Below, one piece after another: positions 11,701 through 25,080 of a DNA stretch of 64,000 nt. Source of the DNA: Epiperipatus broadwayi (taxonomy: Eukaryota > Animalia > Onychophora); the NCBI GenBank assembly GCA_028023455.1, contig JAQFVV010000006.1, positions 13,702,001 to 13,766,000 on the forward strand, written 5' to 3'. Below the pieces are notes generated by a model. It made no database searches. It was not told the origin of the DNA and worked only from the letters and a program-made list of their open reading frames with translations. The stretch's first letter is position 1, and each line of letters opens with the position of its first letter. The position numbers and the translations under genes are program-made.

Positions 11701-12939
11701 TATGTATGTAGATGTTATTATACATATATTTAGCTTAATTAATTAATAAGGTATGCTGATTTGTTTAAAAATTATTGGCTGTTCGTAAATTTTTTAATCT
11801 ACGAGTGCTACATATGATATGAGCAAAACATTTACCCTGGAGATATAGCATCTGAAATGAAAACTGGTGTTTAACAAAGATGTATACTAGTTCCAGTTTT
11901 GTTTTCCATTTTTATGATATTAATCTTTAGGATTGTTTATTGGCAACTTTATGAAGTAGGCATTATGCTACAATATTAACTTGAAATTGGAGGTTTTTAA
12001 TTTGAGTCAATTAAAAATGATTATTATTTTTCCAAATTCCAGATTTACAGTGCCCTGATAATTAGGCTATTTTTGTCAATTTAGAAGATGATCTAGGTGT
12101 CGTTTTTAATATTTTGAGTGCAATCTATAAAGGATTTGATTTAGTAAATAATTTTCAAAAAAATCTTTTATTTTCTACATCTGTAATAGAAGAAAACTCT
12201 TCATATCTATTCAGTGAAAGCATATATGGATTGTGAATTATTCTTCATTCTTTTGAAGATGGTCTTCAATGTTCTTCCTGTCATCATGAGATCTTTTCAA
12301 CTATTCAAACATTTCAGCAGCCATTTTGCTCAATTTAAAAAAAAATTTAATGTCAGTACATTGTTCCACTGTGGGATAAAGTAAGAAACATACTATCATA
12401 TTCCAAATATACTTGCCTTAAAATTTTTTGTGATGAATAGCAAATCTGTGATGGCTTGTAACACCGTACCTTGATTTAGTGATGGCATTGCAGGAAGCTT
12501 GGAGAAAGAACTAATTACCAATCACTTTTTCACTACTACAGATTAATTATATATATATTGAGGATGGTATAGGTTGAATGATTAATATATGTATATATAA
12601 TTCAATAAGGATATATACGGTATAGTTAAAATTAACCATTTCTTAGTCTGCTTTCAAAAACAGGTTGCATTTGCAGTTTAATGAGGTTTATTTAAAGATC
12701 TTAAAAATTATAAATTTTAATCTCTATCAGTTTTTAGTGTCTGTACAAACATATTAAACCATAATTAAAAATGAGTATCCACCTTTATCACAAGGTTACC
12801 TTAATAACAAACGGATTGAGATTCTTGGTATTGTTTAGATGTGGACCACTTTAATGTATTTCCATACATTATTACTAAATTCTATCTTAAAATTACGTGA
12901 TATGATATAAAATAACCTCCTAAAAGAAAATCACAAGAT

Positions 12940-13520
12940 TTTGTACATAGACTGTATGCCCAGAAACCCTGTTAGTCAAGTTAAACGTTCCTTCCTTACA
13001 TGCAACAATAAACTCATCTACTTTTTACTCTTTATTACCCAATTATTTGTCTACCTCTGGTTTGTTTCTTTTTTTTCTCCTTCTCATCCCATTTTATAAA
13101 AACTTCTTTTAGTTCTACTATCCTGCCCTACTATTTACTAATTTCAACATCGTATACTCTAAAAATGAAGTATTCAATACTTTCTCTTTCATCTGCACAA
13201 AAACTATATCAACAATTCAAATCATTCCATTTTTGTTCTCTTCCACTAATATTTAAAGTTCCTGTCATTACACGAAACGACAATCTGCCTATTTTCATGT
13301 TATCATACATCCTTTCAGATTTTATATAATTTTTATTCTTATATAATTGCAAATTAATTCTTTTATTCATTTTCATTTACTTATTTTTCTCTAACCAACT
13401 TATCTATCCTTTATTCCAGTCCTGATAATTTTATACCTGTAATACATTCTCCGCACATATAAATACGCAAAAATAAGTAATCTATCTATATTAATTTTGC
13501 ATAGTGTAAAACCTTTCTTG
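12940..13520 (-). mobile_element. 3' fragment of a more distant non-LTR retrotransposon
   Basis: Minus-strand peptide ..KIGRLSFRVMTGTLNISGRE..CADERESIEYF resembles a LINE C-terminal zinc-finger region. It shares the TATGCCCAGA..TGTTA motif with the 10370 and 16330 copies. Confidence 0.5.
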
Positions 13521-14514
13521 CTCAACATGTTTGTTATCTAATTAAAGCACTATTTTTACTAATCTATTTTTTTTCGTATATTGTAATCTTTTAAATGTTC
13601 TTAATTTTGCTTTGAATTATTTCATCTCCTGGTCTCTTGATGTTACTTAAGCACTATTTATCAGTTTATTATTTAATCAAGATGTAAGATGATATATCAT
13701 AGTTTGTAATTCAGAATTTAATTATTATATTTATATCTTAGTTAAATAAAGAGCTAACAGAGGGCACTTAAATACTCATTCATTATATACTATATAATAC
13801 ATATTAGACTCTACCATCATCTAGTTTTAATTGTTAAATGTTTTTAGAAAAATTCAAAATGTATAATCTTTTCAAGTAATACTTCGATTAGTAGTAAAAC
13901 ATTGAGGTTAATATATCATACAATATTTGATGTGATATTCTCTCTTCAGTTGTTACTGGTCTGACCTGTGTCGCACAAAATTAGCATGGAAATGAAATCA
14001 GTGATCTTTAGATTTAGGAATACTGAATTTAAGATGATACTTTAGCAAACAGGTCAGGTCAGCAATACCTGAGCAAGAAAAGAGAATGATGTCACACAAA
14101 ATGTGATATATTCTAGCCTGTATGTTAATAGTAATAATTCAATGTATTTGATGAGTTTAAATGAACTTTTTTTTTTTAAACATTTAATAAATAAAATTAA
14201 ATGATGGAAATAGTTCAGCATATTATTATAAGTAAAATGACATTATCATAAACTTCCAGACAAGCATTAAAAATATATTTAGGGAAAATGTTATTCTAGA
14301 AATATAAAATTATGCACTTGGGTAGAGAGAAGGAAATAGTTAAAAAAAATATATTCTCACACAATTTTGCAAAAGTAATATATATATATATTTGATTGTA
14401 AATAAAATTTAATATCTTTATATAGGATTAAAAGAAAAGTAATTTCTGACACTTAATATAGAATAATTAGTAATCATTTGTATATTTATTGGATTGCACA
14501 TGCATTTGTAAATT

Positions 14515-14990
14515 AATATAAACAAAGGAAAATGTGGGGTTATTTCCATGTAATAGCTAGAAATATGTTTAACAGTGATGTTGCTATGGCCTTAAGACTA
14601 AACTATTTGTATCTATTATCCAATAATTTTTTTGTCTTGTGTTTAATTAAAAACAAAATGAGATTTCCTTTTTCATTTCTAACCCAAGTTATTAAATGGA
14701 TTTAAATTTAACTGTTTTTATAGAGTATGAAGATGTGATTTTTCTAAATCCTCATACTTATAAAAACTTGTCTAGATTCAAATTCATATAACAACTTCAG
14801 ATAGAAATGAAAAAGGGACCTTGTTTTGTTTTTAATTAAACTCAAGATAAAAAAGCTATTGGATACTAGTGACAAATAGTTTAGTCGTAGAACAGTCAAG
14901 AGTAATTGATACTTATCCAGCAATAGACCATTGCTAAACATATCTAATTATTACATGGAAATAACCCCATATTTTGTTTACATTATAATA
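14515..14990. repeat. Diverged foldback (MITE-like) inverted repeat
   Basis: TGTGGGGTTATTTCCATGTAAT (~14533) is mirrored by ATTACATGGAAATAACCCCATA (~14950). Inner segments also mirror each other (TTTAATTAAAAACAAAA / TTTTGTTTTTAATTAAA). Confidence 0.65.
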
Positions 14991-15122
14991 ACTCCATGAA
15001 AATATTTTGTGATATATATAGTAGTAGTATACTATTTATAATATCTGATATTTTAATTGCATAAATATACTTTATTTCTTATTATTTTTTAAATTATACT
15101 ATTTATAATTTCTTTTTTTCAG

Positions 15123-15144
15123 TATCTGATAATACTTTAACTGC
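15123..15144 (+). CDS. ZSWIM7: ZSWIM7 exon 3 (22-nt microexon)
   Basis: tttttttcAG|TATCTGATAATACTTTAACTGC|GTAAGT. Supplies (L)SDNTLT(A) and exactly restores phase between exons 2 and 4. Confidence 0.85.
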
Positions 15145-16146
15145 GTAAGTATAATTTATTTTTTATGGCTTTCTAAGTTGTCAGTCTAAATTTGTAAATT
15201 AAAATTTATTTTTTGTATTACCTTAGCATTTTATTTTTTTACTCCCAAAATTGATAATACGGTAATCTTTTTTTAAAACAAATGTAGTTTTCCCTCTCCT
15301 ATATATGAGACTGATTTTTGATTTAATAACATATTTAGATATGGATTAATAGTTTAAGGTTTTAATAAAAATGAGTTTGTACAATTCCGTTTCGCATGTT
15401 AAATAACCATGTTGTTGTAGGCCTATCTTACATTGGATCACTTTTATACCAGATCGATCATGTTTGCACTCCATGTATAAGAATTAAGTCATCGTATTAG
15501 CATGGGAATCATGATTTACAGTAATCAAGTGATGAGGAGAGTGTTCCTAAAACATATATTCTGTTGATTTGTGAGTGTAAATTGGCAATATTTTAAAAGG
15601 AGAAATGAAATTAAAATACAGAGTATGGTCTACTTGTGAAGATTCTTGAAGCTAAATTTTCGTGATATGATTTTGCTAATAACCAGCAAAATTTCTAACA
15701 CAGATCAAGTTTTTCCACATTTGTGAATTGAGAAACTTTTAAATTATAATCAAAATGCTAAATATAATTACAAATATATTTAGCTACTTTATTTTTTTTG
15801 AAGATTCAGAATGACTCATTATTTTTAATATTTGAATTCAATTACGAACCTAGAAGAATTTCAAAAATACTTACAAGAAGGCTTTATAAATGTTTAGATT
15901 TTAATATGTAAGTCATAATTCAAACAAGGCCCGATGACTCATATCATTGTTTTAGTGTAAGCACAAACAAGGAGTCGTGCCAATTCATGGAACTCTAATA
16001 ACAAGTATAACTGGGAAGCTCTTACGGAAATTATTTATTACAGTTTTTGCTTTTCCTTGCACTACACTCACAATTTAGAATACCTATAATAATGAAATAT
16101 CCAATATAACTATTTTATTTAGCCACAATGTTGTAACAAATATATA

Positions 16147-19100
16147 AACTAAGTAATCAATCTAAATAAGATTGAAATAAACAACTATTGATAATTATAT
16201 CTTAATATTTATCGAACTGGCTTTCATCTCCATTGAGACATTCTCCAGATATTTAATTATACAAATCCCATGCAATGCGATGAACTATGGCTTCTCCATT
16301 ATTGAAGTCAAGAATTTCTCAGCCACTATGCCCAGAGAAACCTGTTACTACCTTTCCTATCCATTCCCCATGCTCAATTTTTCCATACTCTTCTCTGTCC
16401 TACTCCATCCCATTTCCACATCATCTTTGTGCACTCTATGGCCTTTATATCTAGATCCCCCTTATCTTTTTCCAAACCCAGCATAAAAACCAAGAACCCA
16501 CTTTCTGTATAATCACTTTTTTTATATTTATTCTTCCACAACTTCATTATTTGTATTCTTTCTGCTTATAAGCCTTTACATTCAATTAGCAGATGCCTAA
16601 TATTTTCCATGTATTCCTTACTTAATTTGCCGACTAAATCATCCAAATTTCTTCATATATGTGTATATTCACTTGTCGCTAATTATCCTGTTTGAGACTT
16701 AAACAGCAAAGTACTTTCTATTATCGTAAATTAACTCACACCCAATATTCTGTTTACTTCTATATATATTTAAACTCTTTACTCTCCATACTAGTTCTCC
16801 ATCTCTTCCTATTTTTTATTAATGTACCTATCCTTCTATCCCATTCTAAGCCATTATAACACTCAACAATTCTCCAATCACAATTATACCAATTTTTGTA
16901 CAAGTATACTAACATAAAATCTTTATTCAAATCTTCTACATACCATACTACCTTTCTCACTCATCTTGTTGCCTGTCCTTTACTTGTAACCCAGTTAAAT
17001 TTTATTTTGGCTATTCTCTTACTATCCATAAATTGCAATCTTTCAAACATTTTCATTTTTCTTTTTGCATCTCTCATATAAAAACTTGACCATCATATTT
17101 GTTCTTGAATTACCTCTTTTTGCTGTCCACACATCTAATGTATGTCTTCCTACTTTTCTTTGTACTTTTTCTAAGTAATCTAACATCCCTTTACCAACAC
17201 ATAAAGCATCATTATCATAAGTTAACCCTGCTATTGCCACTCCCATATAATTTTTGCTACATCATATTTATTATATGAAAACATTTAATTTCTTTATCAA
17301 TCTCTTTCTTTTCTTTGCTTCATTTATCAATTTTTCTCTCATTCATCCAAGCAATTTCTCTGATTACTTAAGACTATTCCCAAATAGTTATACCTATTCA
17401 CCATGTTTAACTTTATATCCCCCAATAAAAAATCTTTCTCTTCTTTTTCCCCAGCGTTTATCATCATTACTTTTGATTTTTCTTCACCAAATTTAATCCC
17501 TGTCCCTTTATTCACCCTTGCACACATCTTCAGCATAACTTCCATATCTTACCTATTTTCTGGGTACAAGAAAACATCATCAGCAAATAAAAGACCTGAT
17601 AACATATATATTTCCTTGCCATCTATTAATGGAATCTCTACCCCTCTTCCTAGTCTTTCTATTGTTCTCTCCATTTCTCTCAAATATAATAAAACAAATT
17701 AGGTGACATAGGCATCTTTGCCTTAGTCCCACCCCATTTTTAACTTTAATTGATTCTCTATTCCCTAATTGATACATATACTAATTATTTTCATATAATT
17801 TCTTAATAATATCCATTAAAGCTCCATCCATTCTCAAATTTACTAAACTTATCCATAATCTATTTCTATTTACTCTATCATACACCTTCTCTATATTTTT
17901 TAAAGACTATATTTCTATTCCTATTATAAGTTATGTGACTAGAAATAAACTATCTCCTATATGCCTATCCATTCTAAAACCTTTGTGCTTTTCTCCCACT
18001 ATATTATTTTCTTCCATCCATTTTGCCATCCTTCCAGCCACCATATAACACTGGTATTATCACCATCGGTCTATAATTGCTTATCTTTGCTATTGTCCTT
18101 ACCCTTTTCTTTAAATAATAGCCTTACTCTTGTATTATTCCATTTATCTGGATATTCTGTCTTCTGTGCCATCTTATTTTTTACTCCCATCTCTTCCACT
18201 TTTATTAATATCCTCCAATAATTTAATAATTAATTTCATTCTCTATAATTATCTATTTTAGCCAACTTCTTTTTTCAAAAAAATATTTTTTCTTTTTAAT
18301 ATTAACATCTTTTACTAATTCTCACTTTTCTATTACTTTTATTCTTCTGGATATTCTCATCTTCTACTTTGCCACACCAGTCTTTATATTCATTCCCAAC
18401 AAACTCTTCCATGATTTCTTCTACTTTATTTTGTATTCTAACTTATTCTTATCATTCATTCTCCATCCACATCTTTCACTATCCTTTCTACTTTTATTAC
18501 TATTTTCCATCACATAACTAACCATTTCTATTATAAAGAAATTATGATCACTGTTGTATATTCTCTCTTCATTATCAAACACTTTAATTTTCCATTCTTT
18601 ATTCATTCCCTCTTATCCAAATACGTAATCTGTTGTGTGAAATATATTATTTCTAGACCATATGTATTGCCCGTCATAAATTTTTGATAAATTTCCAATG
18701 CTCAAATTCACTCTCTAACAAAAAATTTTCAAAAGCTGTCCATCTTGTTATCCACATCATCAATATCTTCAATATGCCCATTCGTATCCCCTACAAACAT
18801 TATTTCCCCCCCCCCATCCTTTTTTTGATACTCTGTATATCCTTAACTAGGCATTCATATATGCTATTGTTCCACTCCATTATAATTTGACTATCTCCAG
18901 TTGCCATATACACTATAGCCACCATCCATTTCTTGTCTTCCTAACCTTATCTCAAATCACAAATATTCTTAACACTTTACAGTATTTAAATATTTTTTTG
19001 ACATAACTCCTATATCACCACCCTGTTTTCTTTTCTATTTATAGCCTGCCATACCAAATATTCCAGTGTAGGTTCTTTTTTTCTTTTAGATGTGTTTCCA

Positions 19101-20120
19101 CTACTACTAATATCTCAAGCCCTTCGTTTTCAACTGCTTTGTTTAATTTCAGCCACTTTTCTGGTCACCTACCACCTTGCATATTCAAATATCTAATTTT
19201 AACAGTTTCTTCTTTTCTTACTATCATTATATAAATTCTTTCGACTCTTTCTTCTCTGTTGCATTGGTAATTAGCTTATTTATTATTAGTTTTACAGATC
19301 CATTCCCTCTCGACATCTACATTTATATCTGAAACAACTATCTTTTGTTTCCTTCTTACATCTCATCCATTCTTAATCTTTTTGATAAAACTGTAATTTA
19401 AAACTTACCCCCTTTATAAGTTTCCCAAACTATAATATTTTTCACAAATCAAACCCTCTAATGCTTTACTTCCTTGTTTTGCTAACTGTAATCCATCTTT
19501 ACTATATAACTCCCTCAACCACAAACATAACATTTTCAATCTCTCATATAGAAAATGCCCTATCTAACATATACCTATTATCGAATCTTGATAGGAATCC
19601 AACTACTACTCTGTCTTTAACCTTATTCAAACTAGTAATCAATTCTTTGCACTCATCCATTACTCTCTCCATTGGCTCTGACAAATTATTTGTCCCTACC
19701 ATAATATAATCATCACTACTCTTTTGTTTCTTTACCTTATCTGTAACATTCCTAATTCTAGCTCCAGGCAAACATTCTCTTACATATTTATTTTCCCTTG
19801 CAATTACATCTCCAACATCTAATTAGCGAGGCCTTATCTGAACTCTCATAATTTAATTTCCCTATTTCATCCATAACATTCTCTTCCACCTTCTGGACTT
19901 CCTTATCTGTTGTATTCATTAATTCCTTGATCTGCTCAGACTTCATGTCTAACACATTTAATTTTACTTCTACATCCTTTACCTCTTCCTCTATCTCACT
20001 TATTCTTTGTTTATCTCCATTGCTCTAATTATTTTGTCATCCATATCTCTTGTCACTCATTAAATATATACTCTATTTTATCATCCTTATTTACATTTTC
20101 CTCCATTTCTCCTGACTTAA
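16147..20120 (-). mobile_element. Near full-length decayed non-LTR retrotransposon: ORF1 coiled-coil + SGNH esterase, ORF2 APE + RT + zinc finger (RTEX/CR1/L2-like)
   Basis: SGNH motifs (PGARIRNV..MVGTNN, 19544-19771). APE motifs (VGDTNGH ~18770; SDHN in 18421-18606). RT motifs (GLRQ.C; ADDVFL ~17575). C-terminus homologous to the 10462 ORF. Many stops and frameshifts. Confidence 0.85.
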
Positions 20121-20439
20121 CCAACTAATTATATCCATTCCATCTTCTGGACATTATTTACATTATAATCAAATAAATAAATAATTTTTAATAAATTTTT
20201 AACACCTTACTTATACATATAATTTACAATATTTAATTAATATATATGTTAAGGCTATAACCTTAAGATCATGCGACAGTAAGTACCTCTACAAATCTTA
20301 ACACAAGATTAAAGTTTAAAAGACAAGAGGTCCCTATTGTCGCATCTAGGTGCATACTTACATAATGAGTGTGCTGTTTATAAATTATTAATTACAATAT
20401 TTAATTAAATAGATTAAAAAATTTTAAAAATAATATCGT

Positions 20440-21031
20440 TTTTAAATACTATTTATATATTTACAATAATTTCCTACATTTTCCAACTATTTAACATAGC
20501 CTACTTCCCTCCCCCCCTAAATTTGTGGACCTTTTATCTATATTTACACATCCAAATTTTTTTGAATATATAATGTTTTATAATACATTCTCTTATGATA
20601 ATCTTTTACATACTTTATAACCTTTATATTTTCTTCATATTTCATTTTATGTCCTGTATCTAAATAATGTAAATATGATCCTAAAACTCTCAACTACTGT
20701 TCTTCTCGTCTGTCCTATATATATATATCTTATTGCATTTTCTGCAGCTAATTTTATATAGTAGCCCCACCTTACTATTAATATCATTTCACTTTGTTGG
20801 ATTATACAACCATTTACCCAAATACTTATTATTTTTCCAAGCTATTTTTACATTATTTAGTAATCTTTCTTTCATTAATCTTTTATATACTATTCTGAAT
20901 ATGGAATAGACATCTATTTACTATCATTATTCTTATTCCTACTATTCTTATTTTTTCTATCTATTATCAAAAATCCTTCTCATAGCTTTTCTTTTATAGC
21001 CTATTTTTACATAATCATTTTCCACCTTTAA
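20440..21031 (-). mobile_element. Inverted copy of the Penelope-like GIY-YIG fragment
   Basis: The reverse complement aligns by eye with 21199-21700 (KVGLLYKISCRKCNK.YIGQT.R). Confidence 0.8.
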
Positions 21032-21700
21032 TGATGAATGAAATAATTGTTGAACATTATATTAAGGATAAAAATATTAGAGAATTAATTGATCCAAAAT
21101 CATACAAGCCATGGTTCCAAAAGATGAAAGTTTTAAGGGATTTAAATTAAAGAATGATGGAATAACATTAGATAAAAAAAGAGGCAAATGCACAGAAATT
21201 AAAGTTGGAAAATGATTATGTAAAAATAGGTTATAAAAGAAAAAAAATTAGAAGGATTTTTGATAATTAAATAGAAAGAAAAAGTGAGAGTAGTAGGAAT
21301 ATGTATAAAGATCGTAAATGGATGTCTATTCCATATTCAGAGAAGGTATATAAAAGATTAATGAAAGATTACCAAATATTGTAAAAATAGCTTGGAAAAA
21401 TAATAAGACTTTGGGTAAATAGTTGTTTATAATGCAACAAAGTTAAATGATATTAATAGTAAGATGGGACTCATTTATACAATTAGCTGTGTAAAATGCA
21501 ATAAGGCATATATTGGACAGACGGGAAGAACAGCAAATTAGAGAAGTAAAGAGCATGACAGAATCATTAATAGAAAAGTCATGAGATCAGGACCCTATTT
21601 ACATTATTTAGATACGGGACATAAAACGAACTGTGAAAGAAATATAAAAGTTATAAAGTATATAAAAGATTACTGTCAATATAGTTAAAGATCCAGCAAA
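21032..21700 (+). mobile_element. Penelope-like element remnant (RT thumb end + GIY-YIG endonuclease)
   Basis: 21461-21660 translates KMGLIYTISCVKCNKAYIGQTGRTAN*RSKEHDRIINRKVMRSGPYLHYLDTGHK. This is the Penelope GIY-YIG signature (IY..C..C...YIGQT.R....R..EH...S....H....GH). Confidence 0.88.
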
Positions 21701-22188
21701 ATTAGGGGGAAGGTGGACTTTGTTTGTTGGAAGATATAGGAAATTATTGTCAATATGTAAATAGTGTTTAAAAAAGAAAATATTTATTTATTAGTTTTTT
21801 AATTTATTTAATTAAATATTGTAAATTATATGTATATGTAAGATGTAAAAAATTGTTAAAATTTATTTATTTGATTATTATGTATATGATTTAAAGTACA
21901 ATTTAATGTAAATAATGTCCAGCAGATGGAGTGGATATAATTAGTTGGTTATATGGGAAAATTTAGAGTGGGGAATGGAAAATAAAGTGGCTAACAGGTT
22001 TATCTGGGCATAATTGCTGAGATATTCTTGATTTCGTTTAAGGAGAAGCCACAATACATCACATCACATATGATTTGTATAATTAAATATCTTGAGATGG
22101 TGTCAATGGAGATGAAAGTCGGTTCAGTAAGTATTAAAATATAATTATCAATAGTTGTTTATTTCAATCTTAGATTGATTATTTAGTT
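21700..22188 (+). repeat. Inverted, internally deleted copy of the LINE (5' region joined to 3' end)
   Basis: 21780-21950 mirrors 20119-20240, and ~21975-22188 mirrors 16147-~16360. Confidence 0.8.
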
Positions 22189-22809
22189 GATGCAGTTTTG
22201 AACCAAAATGAATCTAATAGGTCAGTAATATGGAATTCATACGTGTTTTTTGATGAAAGGAGGTAGAGAAAGACATAAATTTGAATACTTAATTCTTTTA
22301 ACATGATTTTATTTACTATTTAGCCAGAAATGAATGTGATTTAGTGTAGTATTAGCAAAGTAGAATCTTAAGTCCTTAGTTCATGGATTTCTGCACCAGC
22401 TCTATTGTTTCTGTTTAAACTTCTTATGAATTCCCAAACAATAAACTATTTAATTAGTTTTAACAGATTTACTATGAAAACTGTTTATAAATATTAATTT
22501 GATGTGGTTTAGAGCAGTGGCATTGTAATGTAAGACCTTCAGATTGATTACGGTTCTGGCATTCAAACTTCTTGTGAACTCCTGAGCAGTAAAGGCGTTC
22601 AATTATTTTTTTGATAATTTTTTTGTGCAAACGTGACTTGAATTAAAATAATTTGGAAAAACTAAGTCAAAATAATGTATTATGAGAAAAATTAAAAAGC
22701 AATCTTTTTTTATTCTGATAATAGGTACATCTTATCCTATTATGCTTGTGGGATATATTTAGCGTTTTGTTTCTTGTGGGATATATTTAGCGTTTTGTTT
22801 TATTTCTAG

Positions 22810-22912
22810 ATTATCATTTATATTTCAAAGCACTCTCGTACCTGCATTAGAATTGATTGACGATAAGAAAATTTGTCTTGTGACATCACCAGGTGGTAGA
22901 CAGTTATTTCAG
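22810..22912 (+). CDS. ZSWIM7: ZSWIM7 exon 4
   Basis: Encodes LSFIFQSTLVPALELIDDKKICLVTSPGGRQLFQ, matching human LKFLFGSSATQALDLVDRQSITLISSPSGRRVYQ. AG/GT boundaries. Confidence 0.92.
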
Positions 22913-23989
22913 GTAAATTTAATAATTAAATAAAATAATTTTATAAAAATCTTAAATAGTTAAGGCTTTACTTCATTAGCACAAGTCGCTATGAATAAGG
23001 GACTATAAACTGTCCCGAAAGCGCTTGGCAGTAAATTTTGATAATTTTACGTACATTGAATAGCTTCATTATCTGTGCGCAGAGCATATATATATATTAA
23101 AAATCTTAAAGTAATCTGCTTACTTAATGAAGTCCTTTTTTTTTTTTTTTTAATGAATAATTAAACATTATTTCTCTTAATTTTCAGTCCTATCTTAGAA
23201 GTGATTATGATATACTCAGAAGCTCGAGACTTTGAATTGATTTATTAACAAGCAGAAAAAAAAGAAATCAGTTTGCTCAGTCAAATAGAGTCATTATGCT
23301 AAGCCTATCACGATAGGTACTTGAACATTATAACTTACTGATAAATGTGCTGTTGGAATTACTTATTCCAGAAAATAGTTTTTACAGTGTGAAAATATTA
23401 GCATCAAATAGAAAAATGGACCCGCATCTTTTCTATGTGGATGTATTTGTGGTTTACAGAGTCAGCGCAAAACTCACTTCTAGAGAACTTTTTTTTTCTC
23501 TTGATGTTAGAATGACCACACTCATTTATTATAGGCTGTTTATTATTATTAAAAATAGATATGAAATGATAAGTCAATCCATCAGTACAACAAAATCATA
23601 TTACATTTTTTAATTTCAAGCAATATAATATTTAATATATAAAGTTGCTTATCGTACATATATAGAAATATATTTAATGCATATTTTTTATTCCAGTAAT
23701 ATTGATTTTCTTTTTAAAACTGTTTTTTTTTTTTCAATGTGTATTTCTAAATATACATTTATGTAATACAGGTATAAACATATTTAAATCTTACCTGAAC
23801 ATTATATAAAGTTTTCATTTAATTAGATCAATTAATAATCACAATTATGAATGTGAGATTTATGAAATTAATGTTTTATTGCCATATATATATATTTATA
23901 TAAAGTGTATTGTTTTGATTTAGAAATATTCTATTTTATCAGTGTATTTTATATATTACATGACCAACTGTAAGTACATCCATCTGACT

Positions 23990-24330
23990 TTCATTAGTAA
24001 ATTCTTATTCTTTCTACTCATGTCATTTAATGTAAATTTCAATAATTAATAAATGCCAGATGATAGTGCTTAATAAATTCTTATGCAGACAAATAAGCTT
24101 GGTTTAAAAAAAAAAGTTTTTCCATTTGAACTGGAAGCTGATCCATCCATTAAAAAGTAAAAATTGGCTGCTAGATGAAAAGGATTTTTTTTAAAAAAAA
24201 TCCAAAAAAGGTCCCCACTGATAAAAGCCATAAGCTAGAAACTAATCTGAGCCTATTTAAATAGGACAGCATTGGATAAGCATTTATAAAGCACTTACCA
24301 TCTGGCATCTCTTGATTGCTAAATCTTATA
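23990..24330. mobile_element. Family A hammerhead repeat fragments (inverted pair)
   Basis: Plus-strand CCCCA-CTGATAA-AAGCCATAAGCTA-GAAA-CTAATC at 24213-24247 (core G8 mutated). ATGCCAGATGATAGTGCTT (~24053) is mirrored by AAGCACTTACCATCTGGCAT (~24290). Confidence 0.65.
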
Positions 24331-24959
24331 CTAGATGGCGTAAGGACATTCTTCTATATTAACTTGCCCCGTCTATGGTTCTGTCAGTATATTCATATTT
24401 TTGGAGTAACAATGAAAAAAATCCGTCCCTGTTTAATACTCAAACTCACATCCTTATACTTCCAGAGAAAACTCCTTAGCGAAACCAATGGAGATATTAA
24501 TGTTTGTAGAATAAAATTTTGTTAATATTGATTTAATTCAAATTTAATTAATTAAAATAAAAATAAATATATATAACGGAAACATTGCATTGTAGAATAA
24601 AATTTTGTTAATATTGATTTAACTCATGCTTAATTAATTAAAATGAAAAAGAAATATATCTTTAATGTTTCTAGAATAATGTTTATTGACAAATGATTTC
24701 AATGACTTCATATTGATAATATTGCAAATGAAAAGATAAGAGACTGATGAAGAAAATTATTGTTAAATAAAAAAACTTCTTAATTTATGCAAAGAACCTT
24801 TTTACACATCGGCATAATTAAATATTAATCATTTTATATACTCATATATTTCCAATAGCATTTCTCTTCATTTTATAGGGAGTTAATTTGTATTCAAAAC
24901 CGTATGGCTTTTTTTCCAGTTTTGAGCTATTAGCTCGAGTATTTTAAAGAAGTGAAAGA

Positions 24960-25080
24960 TGACTACTAGATGAACAAATGTATTAGATCCATTTTCGAAT
25001 CATTATTACCACTGATGAAAGGCAAAGCTAGAAATTGATCTGGGCATATACTATCTAATGTCTATTGATTACTCACATTC
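24960..25080 (+). mobile_element. Family A hammerhead repeat fragment
   Basis: CCA-CTGATGA-AAGGCAAAGCTA-GAAA-TTGATC-TGGG at 25009-25044; stems II and III are eroded. Confidence 0.6.

Noticed and set aside
16280-19709. Plus-strand ORFs (16280, 16896, 17254, 17403, 17961, 18684, 19461)
   Set aside because: Antisense shadows of the minus-strand LINE; hydrophobic and low-complexity, with no independent support.
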